IMG/VR virus record: IMGVR_UViG_3300021121_000005
Coordinates: 1-45,326 of that record
Length of the DNA stretch: 45,326 nucleotides
From: a virus
Taxonomy: Duplodnaviria; Caudoviricetes
Direction: 5' to 3' (one strand)
The notes under the pieces were generated by a model. That model worked only from the letters and a program-made list of their open reading frames with translations. It searched no databases and was not told the origin of the DNA. A program made the translations under genes and the position numbers. Numbering within the stretch: the stretch's first letter is position 1; each line of letters begins with the position of its first letter. This document shows positions 9,273 to 17,890 of the stretch, in pieces.

Positions 9273-10070
9273 CTACTTAGTTTTTATTGATTGTAATGCC
9301 AATTCCCCTTTTTTTGTCAAAATATTTTTGCATTGTTTTAAATTGTATAAATACACATAATTGCACCTACAATACACTTCTTCACCGGGTTGCGTAATCT
9401 GATCAGTATAACCATTAGGATGAGTTAAATAACCTTCCTTATCAGCCCAAGATCCACGAATAACATAGATTTTTTCATCTCTCTCTTTGTGATCTTTACG
9501 ATAATCATAATTAATTTGTTTCCAGTGGCTATGCCATTTCCCAGCAATAGCTCCATTGTCTACTGCAACTATGTCATTGATATTAGATATTAATTTATGA
9601 GTTTGATCAATAATTACCCTTCTTTGTTCAAACCCTATTTTCCCTAAAGATTTACGAATATCCTTTTTTTGCTGTACACGATCTACAACTTTTGATCCAC
9701 CAGCAGGAATAGATGTTGCCCATCCTTCAAATCTACGCAAAACTGTATTGACTGCTTCTTCACGATTTAATTTAATTAAATTCGCTGATGTGACAATTCT
9801 ACGATCTAGTTCAGCTTGTAGTTTAGGTTTTAGCTTATCAACATCAAATTTACTGATGTTGCCTTTTACTAATGATCCTTTGGTGACTAATCTATAAAAA
9901 GCTGATCTAAGAGCTTTTTCTAATTCTTGCTGTATTTGAGATTCAGGGATAAGTTCAGCTATTGCTGATTTGTAAATTCTATCCATCCACATCCTGATTC
10001 GTTCTTCAGAATCATAACCATTTTCTATGATGTCATTAACAGCTTCAGTTAGGATTTCAAAAAATGTCAT
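9273..10070 (-). CDS. Head morphogenesis protein (MuF / SPP1 gp7-like)
   Basis: DQTHKL, W..H..R..H and PGEEVYCRC motifs. Confidence 0.8.
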   Translation of the reverse strand: MTFFEILTEAVNDIIENGYDSEERIRMWMDRIYKSAIAELIPESQIQQELEKALRSAFYRLVTKGSLVKGNISKFDVDKLKPKLQAELDRRIVTSANLIKLNREEAVNTVLRRFEGWATSIPAGGSKVVDRVQQKKDIRKSLGKIGFEQRRVIIDQTHKLISNINDIVAVDNGAIAGKWHSHWKQINYDYRKDHKERDEKIYVIRGSWADKEGYLTHPNGYTDQITQPGEEVYCRCNYVYLYNLKQCKNILTKKGELALQSIKTK

Positions 10071-10270
10071 TGTTTAATCTTTATAAGAAATAATTCCCAA
10101 GCACTTGGATGCATACGAGCTTTCCCATTTTCATAATTACTCCATCTTGCTTGTGTAGTATATATCAAACTGGATGCTTCAGATTGGCTTAATTTTCCCC
10201 TAGCAGAAATAATTTCTATAGGAGAAGGGACATACCCTTGTATGCCCCTTGATCTTTGTTTAATAACCAT
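10067..10270 (-). CDS. Small XRE-like HTH regulator
   Basis: LSQSEASSLIYTTQARWSNYENGKARM helix-turn-helix pattern. Confidence 0.75.
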   Translation of the reverse strand: MVIKQRSRGIQGYVPSPIEIISARGKLSQSEASSLIYTTQARWSNYENGKARMHPSAWELFLIKIKQ

Positions 10271-10279
10271 TAGTTAAAT

Positions 10280-10477
10280 TTAAACTCCTACCAATTGTTT
10301 TGAAACATTATATTTTGAAACTTCAATGCCCATTTGTATTAATTTATCAGCTGCTTCATCAGAATAGTTCATCCAAAGAACAGTATCAAATTCTCCACTA
10401 TCAACCATGTCTTTAGATACAAGCAAACTTCCAATTAAATCACTAATTAATTTTGCTTCTTTTTTACTAATTGCCAT
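10280..10477 (-). CDS. Hypothetical protein
   Basis: Start moved to the ATG at 10477 behind a CACGAAAGGA RBS box. Confidence 0.65.
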   Translation of the reverse strand: MAISKKEAKLISDLIGSLLVSKDMVDSGEFDTVLWMNYSDEAADKLIQMGIEVSKYNVSKQLVGV

Positions 10478-10483
10478 TTTTAT

Positions 10484-10542
10484 TCCTTTCGTGTTAATCA
10501 AGACTACATCTTTATATTAATGCTTATTAAGCATAGTGTCAA
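10484..10542 (-). promoter_or_regulatory. Sigma70-type promoter with palindromic operator and CACGAAAGGA box
   Basis: TTGACA-17 nt-TAATAT; spacer contains ATGCTTAATAAGCAT; followed by TGTAGT and CACGAAAGGA. Confidence 0.7.
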
Positions 10543-11060
10543 GCAATTTGTTGCTTTTTTTTCATTAAATTTAAAAATATTTCTATTAAATAAGGATTGT
10601 CAATATTGGCTGAATTAAATACAGCTTGAGCAAATTCAAAATACTTTAGTTTTTTTTCTATGCTCCAGTTGGGTGGACTATCCAATACATCCCTGATATT
10701 GCAAATCTTATCAGCTACTTTGATTAGTTTTCCAGCATAGGAAATACTTTTTACCTTTTGAATTTGTGCCAATTTTCTATCTTCACCATCCAAGCCTACT
10801 GGATCAGTTACATCATCTACGATTTGAGCAATGCAATCATTAAACATATTGCCAATATCTGAAATGCTGATAGCACAATCTTCTACAACATCGTGCAATA
10901 GTGCAGAGCACAAAATATCTTCATCGTGTATACCAGCTTCAAACAATAGTTTAGCAACTGCTATTGGGTGATTAATATATGGAGTTGCATTTGCATCAAG
11001 TCTTTTTTGATCTCGATGCAAAGTGCTTGCCAGTGATATTGCATTAATTAAATTTTTCAA
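10539..11060 (-). CDS. HD-domain small alarmone hydrolase (Mesh1/Aph1-like)
   Basis: HRDQKR..PYINHP, LLHDVVED and KVADKICN motifs. Confidence 0.88.
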   Translation of the reverse strand: MKNLINAISLASTLHRDQKRLDANATPYINHPIAVAKLLFEAGIHDEDILCSALLHDVVEDCAISISDIGNMFNDCIAQIVDDVTDPVGLDGEDRKLAQIQKVKSISYAGKLIKVADKICNIRDVLDSPPNWSIEKKLKYFEFAQAVFNSANIDNPYLIEIFLNLMKKKQQIA

Positions 11061-11089
11061 TTTTTTTTCTTTCGCTTTCTCACAATATC

Positions 11090-11118
11090 ATAGTATCATG
11101 CTTAATAGGTATTTGCAA
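11090..11118 (-). promoter_or_regulatory. Promoter of the HD hydrolase gene with an operator in the spacer
   Basis: TTGCAA-17 nt-TACTAT; ATGCTTAATAGGTAT at 11098-11112. Confidence 0.6.
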
Positions 11119-11163
11119 GGATTTTATTAAAAATAAATATTTTTGTTTTTTTGGACAAATTAC

Positions 11164-11223
11164 TTTACATTTATGCTTAATAGGTATATTATAAAAATGT
11201 AGTCTTAATTAACCACGAAAGGA
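11164..11223 (+). promoter_or_regulatory. Promoter with operator and CACGAAAGGA box
   Basis: TTTACA-17 nt-TATTAT; ATGCTTAATAGGTAT at 11173-11187; TGTAGT; CACGAAAGGA at 11214-11223. Confidence 0.7.
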
Positions 11224-11230
11224 AATTAAA

Positions 11231-11407
11231 ATGCAGATCGCCCAAGCAATTGAAATTATTCAGGAATATCAAGTACAAAATGCTTTGCCTTTTATTTTGG
11301 AAGCTGTAATTGATATGCAAGACAATCGTGAAGATTTAAATCCACAACAACTTATTGCTTTGAATGTTTTTGTAGCAATGGGACAACAAATGTTTGCACC
11401 AGCCTAA
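11231..11407 (+). CDS. Small hypothetical protein (58 aa, not in ORF track)
   Basis: MQIAQAIEIIQEYQVQNALPFILEAVIDMQDN...; strong RBS and upstream promoter. Confidence 0.7.
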   Translation: MQIAQAIEIIQEYQVQNALPFILEAVIDMQDNREDLNPQQLIALNVFVAMGQQMFAPA

Positions 11408-11416
11408 GGAGAAAAA

Positions 11417-11728
11417 ATGAGATACGCAATGCACATAGCTTATTCAGATATAAATCCTTATGAAGTTATTAGGGTAGTTTCTGAAAAATGTATAGAGATC
11501 AGGGCAATGAAAGCTGAAAAAGCTCCTTCTTATAAGCCTGAATTTGTCGCTGGTGGTTTTAGTGCTGTTTGTATAAATCAAGGTGAACAAGAATGGATTA
11601 TTGAGCCTGACGAATCAGCACCAATTATCAGAATCAGAGCAAATAAGAAATTAGGTTGGGCTGATAAGTATGGACAGAAGTTTGTTTTAAGAGATAAGCC
11701 AGTTAAGTATTACGATTACAACTTTTAA
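11417..11728 (+). CDS. Hypothetical phage protein
   Basis: 103 aa, AAGGAG RBS, ends YYDYNF. Confidence 0.7.
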   Translation: MRYAMHIAYSDINPYEVIRVVSEKCIEIRAMKAEKAPSYKPEFVAGGFSAVCINQGEQEWIIEPDESAPIIRIRANKKLGWADKYGQKFVLRDKPVKYYDYNF

Positions 11729-11749
11729 AAAAAGCCCCCAGTAGGGGGC
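11727..11749 (-). terminator. Rho-independent terminator (T-tail on the minus strand)
   Basis: GCCCCC-AGTA-GGGGGC preceded by an A7 run on the plus strand. Confidence 0.65.
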
Positions 11750-11765
11750 AAACGAGGGAAAAATT

Positions 11766-12005
11766 ATGATGTCAAATCAAGAAATGTTGAAGTTCGCAAA
11801 TTATGTTTATAGCTTTTATGGTGCTGGTGGTGTTTATGACATGGGTGTTCCTATTGAAATTATAAGACAAGCTATTCGCTTTTTACAATCCAAAGATGGT
11901 AGAGAGTTTCGTAATGGTTGCCCTGTTTGTGGTGATTCTGTAGATCGTGAACACATCAGAGAAATATTAGAAAAAAAATATGGTTTTTTTGAAATAAACG
12001 CTTGA
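11766..12005 (+). CDS. Hypothetical phage protein
   Basis: 79 aa; FYGAGGVY...GDSVDRE; GAGG RBS. Confidence 0.65.
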   Translation: MMSNQEMLKFANYVYSFYGAGGVYDMGVPIEIIRQAIRFLQSKDGREFRNGCPVCGDSVDREHIREILEKKYGFFEINA

Positions 12006-12058
12006 CATTATGCTTAATTAGTATATACTGTAATTGTAGTAATTATTTCACGAAAGGA
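12002..12058 (+). promoter_or_regulatory. Promoter with operator and CACGAAAGGA box
   Basis: TTGACA-16 nt-TATACT; ATGCTTAATTAGTAT at 12010-12024; TGTAGT; CACGAAAGGA at 12049-12058. Confidence 0.72.
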
Positions 12059-12064
12059 ATAAAA

Positions 12065-12211
12065 ATGGAATTCGAAATTTATGGGTATTTGGTTCGGAAT
12101 TTAGAGCAAGCTAGAGCTGTTCTTGCTTTGGCTGTCGCAAAAGGGCAGTTAGGTAGACAAGCTGTGGCTTTGCAAGTGATCCAACAAATTCAACAACAAG
12201 GGGGTGTGTGA
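12065..12211 (+). CDS. Small hypothetical protein
   Basis: Start moved to the ATG at 12065 (MEFEIYGY...) behind the RBS box. Confidence 0.6.
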   Translation: MEFEIYGYLVRNLEQARAVLALAVAKGQLGRQAVALQVIQQIQQQGGV

Positions 12212-12813
12212 TGGCTGTTCGTGAGTTAAATAGGTATGTTCCTGCTGGTTATGAACCTTTGATGCAGGATGCAGAATATGGCATTGAGATCTTCGCTGAT
12301 TTAAATAGATTGTGTGCCATTGGTTTTGCTGGTAGAAGAAATAATCCTGATTTTAGGTATCGTTTTAGCAATGCAGAAAGGTTAAATGCTTATGTTGCTG
12401 AATATGCTCAAAGGATCAGAGGTAATGCCCAGTACAGAGCACAACAAAGGGCACAAAGGTTAGAAGCCAGTAGGCAAGTTGTTGTGAATGTTGGTGACAT
12501 TTTCAGAAGTAGCTGGGGATATGAACAAACAAATATTGATTATTATCAGGTTGTTGCTGTTCGTGGTCGTATGATAGATGTAAGACCTATCAGCCAGTTA
12601 AGAGAGGGAAATGGATGTCCTGATCAGGGTTACTGTGTTCCTGTTCCAAATAGCTTTGTGGGTGATGCAGTTAGTAGTTATCGTGCCCAAGGTGATGCTG
12701 AAAATGCTTACTTTAGAGTTGCGAGTTACGCAAATGCGTATAGAATTAATCCTGTGGCTGTTGTTGCTGGTGTTCCAATTTACGAGCAAAGTCATTGGAC
12801 TGCTTACTACTGA
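12208..12813 (+). CDS. Hypothetical protein (SWGYEQTN motif)
   Basis: 201 aa; VGDIFRSSWGYEQTNIDYYQVV segment that I recall from mobile-element accessory proteins. Confidence 0.7.
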   Translation: MMAVRELNRYVPAGYEPLMQDAEYGIEIFADLNRLCAIGFAGRRNNPDFRYRFSNAERLNAYVAEYAQRIRGNAQYRAQQRAQRLEASRQVVVNVGDIFRSSWGYEQTNIDYYQVVAVRGRMIDVRPISQLREGNGCPDQGYCVPVPNSFVGDAVSSYRAQGDAENAYFRVASYANAYRINPVAVVAGVPIYEQSHWTAYY

Positions 12814-12828
12814 TCTAGTAGGTTTTCC

Positions 12829-12853
12829 AGCCCCTTGAATAAAGGGGTTTTTT
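12829..12853 (+). terminator. Rho-independent terminator
   Basis: AGCCCCTT/AAGGGGTT stem followed by a T-run. Confidence 0.75.
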
Positions 12854-12903
12854 GCAAGCTAAAATCATAGTATTATGATAAAATATAACTGAAAGGATTT
12901 AAT

Positions 12904-13101
12904 ATGCAATTCGACAAATCAGCTAGATTCTATGTTACTGAGGATGGTATTCCTGTTGTTTGTGGTGGTGGTGGTGATCTACCTTACTGTTCAGCATGGG
13001 ATCGTAAAGAGCCAAGAGAATATAAACTAAGTGGCTTTTATATGCCCTGTAGTTATGAGGGTTTCGAAGAAGCTAGAATTTCTTGCCAAGCTGAATCATA
13101 A
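12904..13101 (+). CDS. Small protein, candidate immunity/antitoxin of the convergent synthetase
   Basis: 65 aa; GAAAGGA RBS; own TTGCAA/TATGAT promoter; 49-bp tail-to-tail overlap with 13053..13976. Function is inferred from context only. Confidence 0.5.
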   Translation: MQFDKSARFYVTEDGIPVVCGGGGDLPYCSAWDRKEPREYKLSGFYMPCSYEGFEEARISCQAES

Positions 13102-13976
13102 GCAACTTTCATTTCTTTCATTAATTTAGTTCTAGTTGCTTCTTCTTCCTGAGTTAATGGTCTTTTAGAAGTATTTGCTTCAGCTTCCATTTCTCGAATA
13201 ACTTCATAATGCTTATGAAAGCCTTCTTTTGCTTTTAGCATGGGTGCAAAATTAACTTGTATTTCTGCGTATGTTCCATCAATTTCCACAACCATATTAA
13301 TATCACGATAACCAGTATCAAATAAAGAACCCTTATCAGGATCTAATAGATTTCTTTCTTTAACTGGCTTACCATATTTTTCTTTGATCTTATCAATTGA
13401 TTTTTGCACATCAGATAATGAATTGATTTGTATTGTAGATCTTACAAGATCTTTAAGTTTACTAGCATCACCATCATAATCAGATAGAATTTTCTCTACT
13501 GCTCTAGCTGTTCCCTTCAATGGAACATCAACATATTTACCACCAAGTTCTTGAGCTATACCTTCGTTGATCTTGTCATAGTGCACTTTTACCTCTGAAG
13601 CCCTTTGATACATGGATTCTAATTTAGTCTTGGCTTGTGGACTTAATGGTTCAAGATCGTTAGGCTTAAAACTTTCACCAAAGAATTCTTTAGCAGTTGT
13701 GCTTTTCTTTTTAGCTGTTGGAGCTTTAGGTTTAGATAATAAAGCTGGAGTTGCTGGAGTTGTAATAGGTGCTACTGCTTTTCCTGTAGTTGGTGCTTCT
13801 GCTCCACCACCTGCACTGGTGAATTTGCCATCAGTATCTCTAGGATGATCTGCTTCTTGCCATATAGCATCATTAACAACTAAATAATCTTGTGATCTCA
13901 ATAAAGCACATACAGCTTGTGTATGTTTAGGATAAACAGTTACAAATTGCCCTGATTTTTTATTGAGAAATCGCAT
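13053..13976 (-). CDS. RelA/SpoT-superfamily small synthetase (toxSAS/Apk-like) with N-terminal HPR motif
   Basis: LKGTARAVEK, KDLVRSTI, GYRDINM and AEIQV synthetase-like motifs; WQEADHPRDTDGKF N-terminal motif. Confidence 0.78.
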   Translation of the reverse strand: MRFLNKKSGQFVTVYPKHTQAVCALLRSQDYLVVNDAIWQEADHPRDTDGKFTSAGGGAEAPTTGKAVAPITTPATPALLSKPKAPTAKKKSTTAKEFFGESFKPNDLEPLSPQAKTKLESMYQRASEVKVHYDKINEGIAQELGGKYVDVPLKGTARAVEKILSDYDGDASKLKDLVRSTIQINSLSDVQKSIDKIKEKYGKPVKERNLLDPDKGSLFDTGYRDINMVVEIDGTYAEIQVNFAPMLKAKEGFHKHYEVIREMEAEANTSKRPLTQEEEATRTKLMKEMKVAYDSAWQEILASSKPS

Positions 13977-13986
13977 AACAGCACTC

Positions 13987-15402
13987 CTAAGATACTTTAC
14001 GAGTTAATTTTTCTTCAGGCATTGTTCCCTGAGGTGGTTCATATTCAGATATTAAATCAGGATCAAGATTTAATGAACTTTCAAATAAATCTTCCATTTC
14101 ATTAATATTATCCTGTGCCCATTGTATCAATGTTGCTCTGTTTTGTGGATCTATGACTGGTAAAACAGTACGCAATACTTCATTAATAGATTTAATCTTG
14201 ATGTCTGCAACTTTAACTTTTTCGCTTGGTGGTTCTTCCATGAGAGAAGTCCAATCAGCTTTATATGCATTTTGCCACATATAAAAAGCCTGCTCATAAG
14301 TCTTATCCTTGTAGATTTCAGGATATTGATTTTGAACTGCTTCGAAAAATTCTCTATTCCATGCACGATGCTGTACGATCTTGTCAAAGAATTTAAACAA
14401 GCTATCCATGTCATTTCTAATACCATCTATGAATTGAACTATGGCTTTTGCATCCTCTGTACCTTCTCCAAATCCTTGCGTAAATGCTTCATCTTTGAGC
14501 AACAATGCAGGAACATCAGAAGCAGCGGCTATGTTCGCTATGATGTTATTTCTAGCAGTTGTCATAGCAGTATCAGTATTAGTGAGATTTAGTGCTTCTA
14601 TACTTTCATCAATATCAATAGAAAGCACATTACCTGTTGCTCCTTGCTGAAGATATGTTCTCTTAATGCCAGCCGCCATTTGCATCAAATTATTAACAAT
14701 TGATCCAGCAGGTTTTTGTTTTGAAATTAATAATCCAGCCTTAAAAGTTACCAAATCATCAGTGATCATGGATTGCACAAATGATTTCAAAGGATATAAA
14801 GCTCTTAAAAATACTGATCTACCAGTAAAGCCAAACGCTGAGGATTGGAAACTTAAATAAATTGGAGTGTTGTTAAATACAACTACTGATCTACTAGGAT
14901 GATATGGTTGCCCTGCCGCTGTACTATAAGCCAATGGCTTTTGGAAATCAGGAGCATTAGGGTTTTGATTCGTGACAATAGAACCAGCCAAATTCAAAGG
15001 ATCGAGTTGATTAAAATAAATCTCTTGATCAGCAAGTTTCCATAAATCTAATGGTTCAGTTGTAGGTATATTGGGAGCACCAATAACGATAGCACCAGCA
15101 CCATAAGCTCTTTTGATAAAGCTCACATCACGAATATGGTTCGTTGCTCCTAATTTTTCCCATTCTCTCTCAAATGCTTCCACCAACATTTCTTTTGGTT
15201 CAGCATCTACTGTAATGATTCTAGGTTTGGATAAAGCCATCATAATTGGCTTTTCTACCAGTTTTCCACCTAAAGGATGATATTCCCATAGGGTTTTACA
15301 TAATTCATAACTAGCATTATCACCGGGCTGTATATCACCTGAAGCAAGAATATTCATTAGATTTCCACCAATGGTTGTAGTAGTTATCGTTATATCTGAC
15401 AT
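13987..15402 (-). CDS. Portal protein (DUF1073-like)
   Basis: 471 aa directly after the terminase large subunit; YHPSRSVV and IAAASDVPALLL..GEGTED motifs. Confidence 0.8.
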   Translation of the reverse strand: MSDITITTTTIGGNLMNILASGDIQPGDNASYELCKTLWEYHPLGGKLVEKPIMMALSKPRIITVDAEPKEMLVEAFEREWEKLGATNHIRDVSFIKRAYGAGAIVIGAPNIPTTEPLDLWKLADQEIYFNQLDPLNLAGSIVTNQNPNAPDFQKPLAYSTAAGQPYHPSRSVVVFNNTPIYLSFQSSAFGFTGRSVFLRALYPLKSFVQSMITDDLVTFKAGLLISKQKPAGSIVNNLMQMAAGIKRTYLQQGATGNVLSIDIDESIEALNLTNTDTAMTTARNNIIANIAAASDVPALLLKDEAFTQGFGEGTEDAKAIVQFIDGIRNDMDSLFKFFDKIVQHRAWNREFFEAVQNQYPEIYKDKTYEQAFYMWQNAYKADWTSLMEEPPSEKVKVADIKIKSINEVLRTVLPVIDPQNRATLIQWAQDNINEMEDLFESSLNLDPDLISEYEPPQGTMPEEKLTRKVS

Positions 15403-15411
15403 AGTTATCCT

Positions 15412-16692
15412 TTAATAGCCATATTTATCGCCAACTCCAATAGCAATTCCATAAGTAAAACAATCCAATAGATCATCAGCCCTTTTATGAGCATCACGAT
15501 CACCTATTCTAAATCCAGTTACTTGAGTAATCAAATGATTTCTTGTAGATCCTTTGAAACTTGCTACCTTATCAAATGCATATTGCGATATTTTAAGTTT
15601 TTCTTGGTGAAAATGCCCTGAAACTGAAATAGCTCTTTCATCCTTTCCTACAGCAGTGAGCTTGGAATCTATGGCATGAGTATTCCATCCTCTAGTTCTT
15701 CCCTGTTGAATAAGAATTGATCCAGTTGCAGTATCCTCAATAAATAGCCCAACACTTCCATTTCTAGCCTGTGTTTTTCCTGCAAAATCATCTAATCGCT
15801 GAAAGATAGTAGGAATATAACTTTCTAATAAAGCTCCATCCACTTGCAATATATCCCAGTCTAAGATAATTAATGGCTGTCCATATAACTTATTGATTGC
15901 AAAGTAAATAACACCTGTACCATCATTTTCTTTGCCACCTTTGACTGCTGTATCCATTACAGCATAAACACCATCACATTTGACTGGATAATCTATAGGC
16001 TTACCATCCTGTAACATTTTGTCTAAGCTAAAGAAAGCAATCCCTGACCAGTCTACGAATTCAGCTAGATATTCTTGCTGGAATACTAAAGGATTATTGC
16101 GTTCCCTTTCTTTTTCGAGTTCTTCAGGTGGTACATAAGGATTTGTACTGGTTGGCTTATGGAATGTCTTAAATCCCATATCAGGATCATTACAGATCGA
16201 ATAAAAGAAGTTTTCAGTATCAACACCATTAGGAGTTGAAAATACCCATGCTGTACCTCTTGTGGTGAGCATGGTAGGTTTTAATGATCTCTCCCAAATC
16301 TCTTTCATTTGTGGAGTTTTGGTAAATGATGCTTCATCAATTAGGATTAGATCATACTCTCTACCCCTACCAGCAAGTTCATTATCATTTAATATCCAAA
16401 AATCAACCTTGCCACCAAATTTAGATTTGATTGTTCCTTCATTTCTGTTAGCTGATGAAATAATAGGAGTTAGGATTTCTCGTATGTGATCCCATGGTTC
16501 TTGTAGCTGTTTGTATTCAGGAGCAAATATCCCCACTGATTTCTTCTTACATATTGCATCAGTAGCTATGATTTCTAAAAATCTAGTCTTACCCCATCGT
16601 CTGCCACATCTTACTGCATTGAGTTTTGTTCCATTCAGGTATAAATCAGTTTGTCCTGCATGGAATGTAGGAGCATAGATGTCATACTTCAT
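15412..16692 (-). CDS. Terminase large subunit
   Basis: GRRWGKT Walker A, ILIDEA Walker B, STPNG, nuclease DTA..D and DDLLD motifs. Confidence 0.92.
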   Translation of the reverse strand: MKYDIYAPTFHAGQTDLYLNGTKLNAVRCGRRWGKTRFLEIIATDAICKKKSVGIFAPEYKQLQEPWDHIREILTPIISSANRNEGTIKSKFGGKVDFWILNDNELAGRGREYDLILIDEASFTKTPQMKEIWERSLKPTMLTTRGTAWVFSTPNGVDTENFFYSICNDPDMGFKTFHKPTSTNPYVPPEELEKERERNNPLVFQQEYLAEFVDWSGIAFFSLDKMLQDGKPIDYPVKCDGVYAVMDTAVKGGKENDGTGVIYFAINKLYGQPLIILDWDILQVDGALLESYIPTIFQRLDDFAGKTQARNGSVGLFIEDTATGSILIQQGRTRGWNTHAIDSKLTAVGKDERAISVSGHFHQEKLKISQYAFDKVASFKGSTRNHLITQVTGFRIGDRDAHKRADDLLDCFTYGIAIGVGDKYGY

Positions 16693-17158
16693 TAGCTTTT
16701 ACTGGAAGTCCACCATGATATGTAATTTCTACTGATCCAGTATTTTCTACTTCTTGTCTATCTTTCCAGCCAAGAACATTTTTAGCTGTAAATATGGCAA
16801 ATGGTTGTGAAAATGCTCCAGCCATTGCACCTTCAACGAGTATAGATTCTTGATATTCTTTGGCTTTTTTATAAGCGTAGGAAAAATTTGGGTGTTTTAA
16901 CTCACCATTTGGAAGTTTTGCAGTAGACCATTCATATAAAGTATCTCTGCTAACTCCTATGTTACAAGCAAATCTAGCAAGTGTTGGGAATTTACAAGGA
17001 ACTAATTCTCTCTTTTGTCCACCACTACGATCTTTAAGAGTTACTTCTTTATAGGGTTCTTTATTGAAGAATTCTAAAAGCTGATCACAATATTCTTCTT
17101 TGTAATCAGTTGGTCTACCTCTAGGTAATAGATCTTCAGGATTTTTTCGCTTAGTCAT
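16682..17158 (-). CDS. Terminase small subunit
   Basis: GRPTDY N-terminus, HTH (IGVSRDTLYEW), AIFTAKN..GWKD; immediately upstream of the large subunit. Confidence 0.82.
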   Translation of the reverse strand: MTKRKNPEDLLPRGRPTDYKEEYCDQLLEFFNKEPYKEVTLKDRSGGQKRELVPCKFPTLARFACNIGVSRDTLYEWSTAKLPNGELKHPNFSYAYKKAKEYQESILVEGAMAGAFSQPFAIFTAKNVLGWKDRQEVENTGSVEITYHGGLPVKANEV

Positions 17159-17171
17159 AGTTGGGATACTA

Positions 17172-17510
17172 TCACAAATTTACAGGATTTACTCCAAATT
17201 GTTCTTCGATAAATTCAAGTAAGGCTTGCTCGTTAATTCCATAGCGAGCTTCAAATTTCCCTTTTTTACCAAGAGAGTGAACACCGGTATTTCCTCGATG
17301 ATGCTCGAAACATAATGGGATAACTGGAGCTTGCTTTCTTGGGATGTTTCCATTTCTGATATGGTGAATTTCTGCTGGCACTCCTTCGAATCCAATGAGG
17401 TGGCATAAGACACAGCCAAAGTTTGCGAGTTTTCCATAATAGTCTTTTTCTTTTTTCGTTGTCATTTTGTAATGTATAGCATCAATGTTTACACCTTCAA
17501 ATTCTGTCAT
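17172..17510 (-). CDS. Ref-like HNH / zinc nuclease
   Basis: GCVLC..AEIHH..IPLCFEHHRG..GVH. Confidence 0.75.
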   Translation of the reverse strand: MTEFEGVNIDAIHYKMTTKKEKDYYGKLANFGCVLCHLIGFEGVPAEIHHIRNGNIPRKQAPVIPLCFEHHRGNTGVHSLGKKGKFEARYGINEQALLEFIEEQFGVNPVNL

Positions 17511-17890
17511 GGATCTATTCCATGTTCTACTGCAAAAGCCATAATGTATTCTATGAACTCTGACATTTCTGCCACTGTGAGGTGGGAAGTATGTCGAAAT
17601 ACAATATCTACTCCTTGGTAATCAATAGATGGTAATATTTCAATTGATTCACCTCTTGCTCTCAACCAACCAGCAGTAAGGAGTCTTTTCCATGTATCTA
17701 TTGCTCTTTTTTTTCCTGCCCATTCTACCTTTAATGATATTTTTTGGATGATGGTATGAAGTAATGCATTTTGTTCTAAGGATCTATTCTTGGGTTTGAT
17801 TTCAACAATATGTCCTTCAGGAGCTTTTTTGATCGCTTCTATTGCATTAATTCTTACTGCATCATTAGCAAGAATAAAAAATTCTTTCAT
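17507..17890 (-). CDS. ninB: NinB-family recombination protein
   Basis: RSLEQNALLH, WKRL, TSHLTVAEMSEFIEYIMAF. Confidence 0.85.
   Translation of the reverse strand: MKEFFILANDAVRINAIEAIKKAPEGHIVEIKPKNRSLEQNALLHTIIQKISLKVEWAGKKRAIDTWKRLLTAGWLRARGESIEILPSIDYQGVDIVFRHTSHLTVAEMSEFIEYIMAFAVEHGIDP

Noticed and set aside
12002-12064. TTG start of the 69-aa ORF
   Set aside because: This TTG is part of the -35 box TTGACA; the RBS-linked ATG is at 12065.
12817-12825. AGTAGGTTT (and TGTGTGA at 12205) as second targets of the ssb RNA's other unpaired strands
   Set aside because: Single 7-9 nt matches are expected by chance in 45 kb and are not consistently placed beside the main boxes.
13987-15402. 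Anti-CBASS Acb1 label sometimes attached to DUF1073-like proteins
   Set aside because: Size and position after the terminase indicate a portal; I see no paired HxT/S phosphoesterase motifs.
17189-17437. Same-strand alternative-frame ORFs (17189, 14151, 7648, 6270, 28385, 39704)
   Set aside because: Short, without motif or RBS support, unlike the nested methylase ORF.
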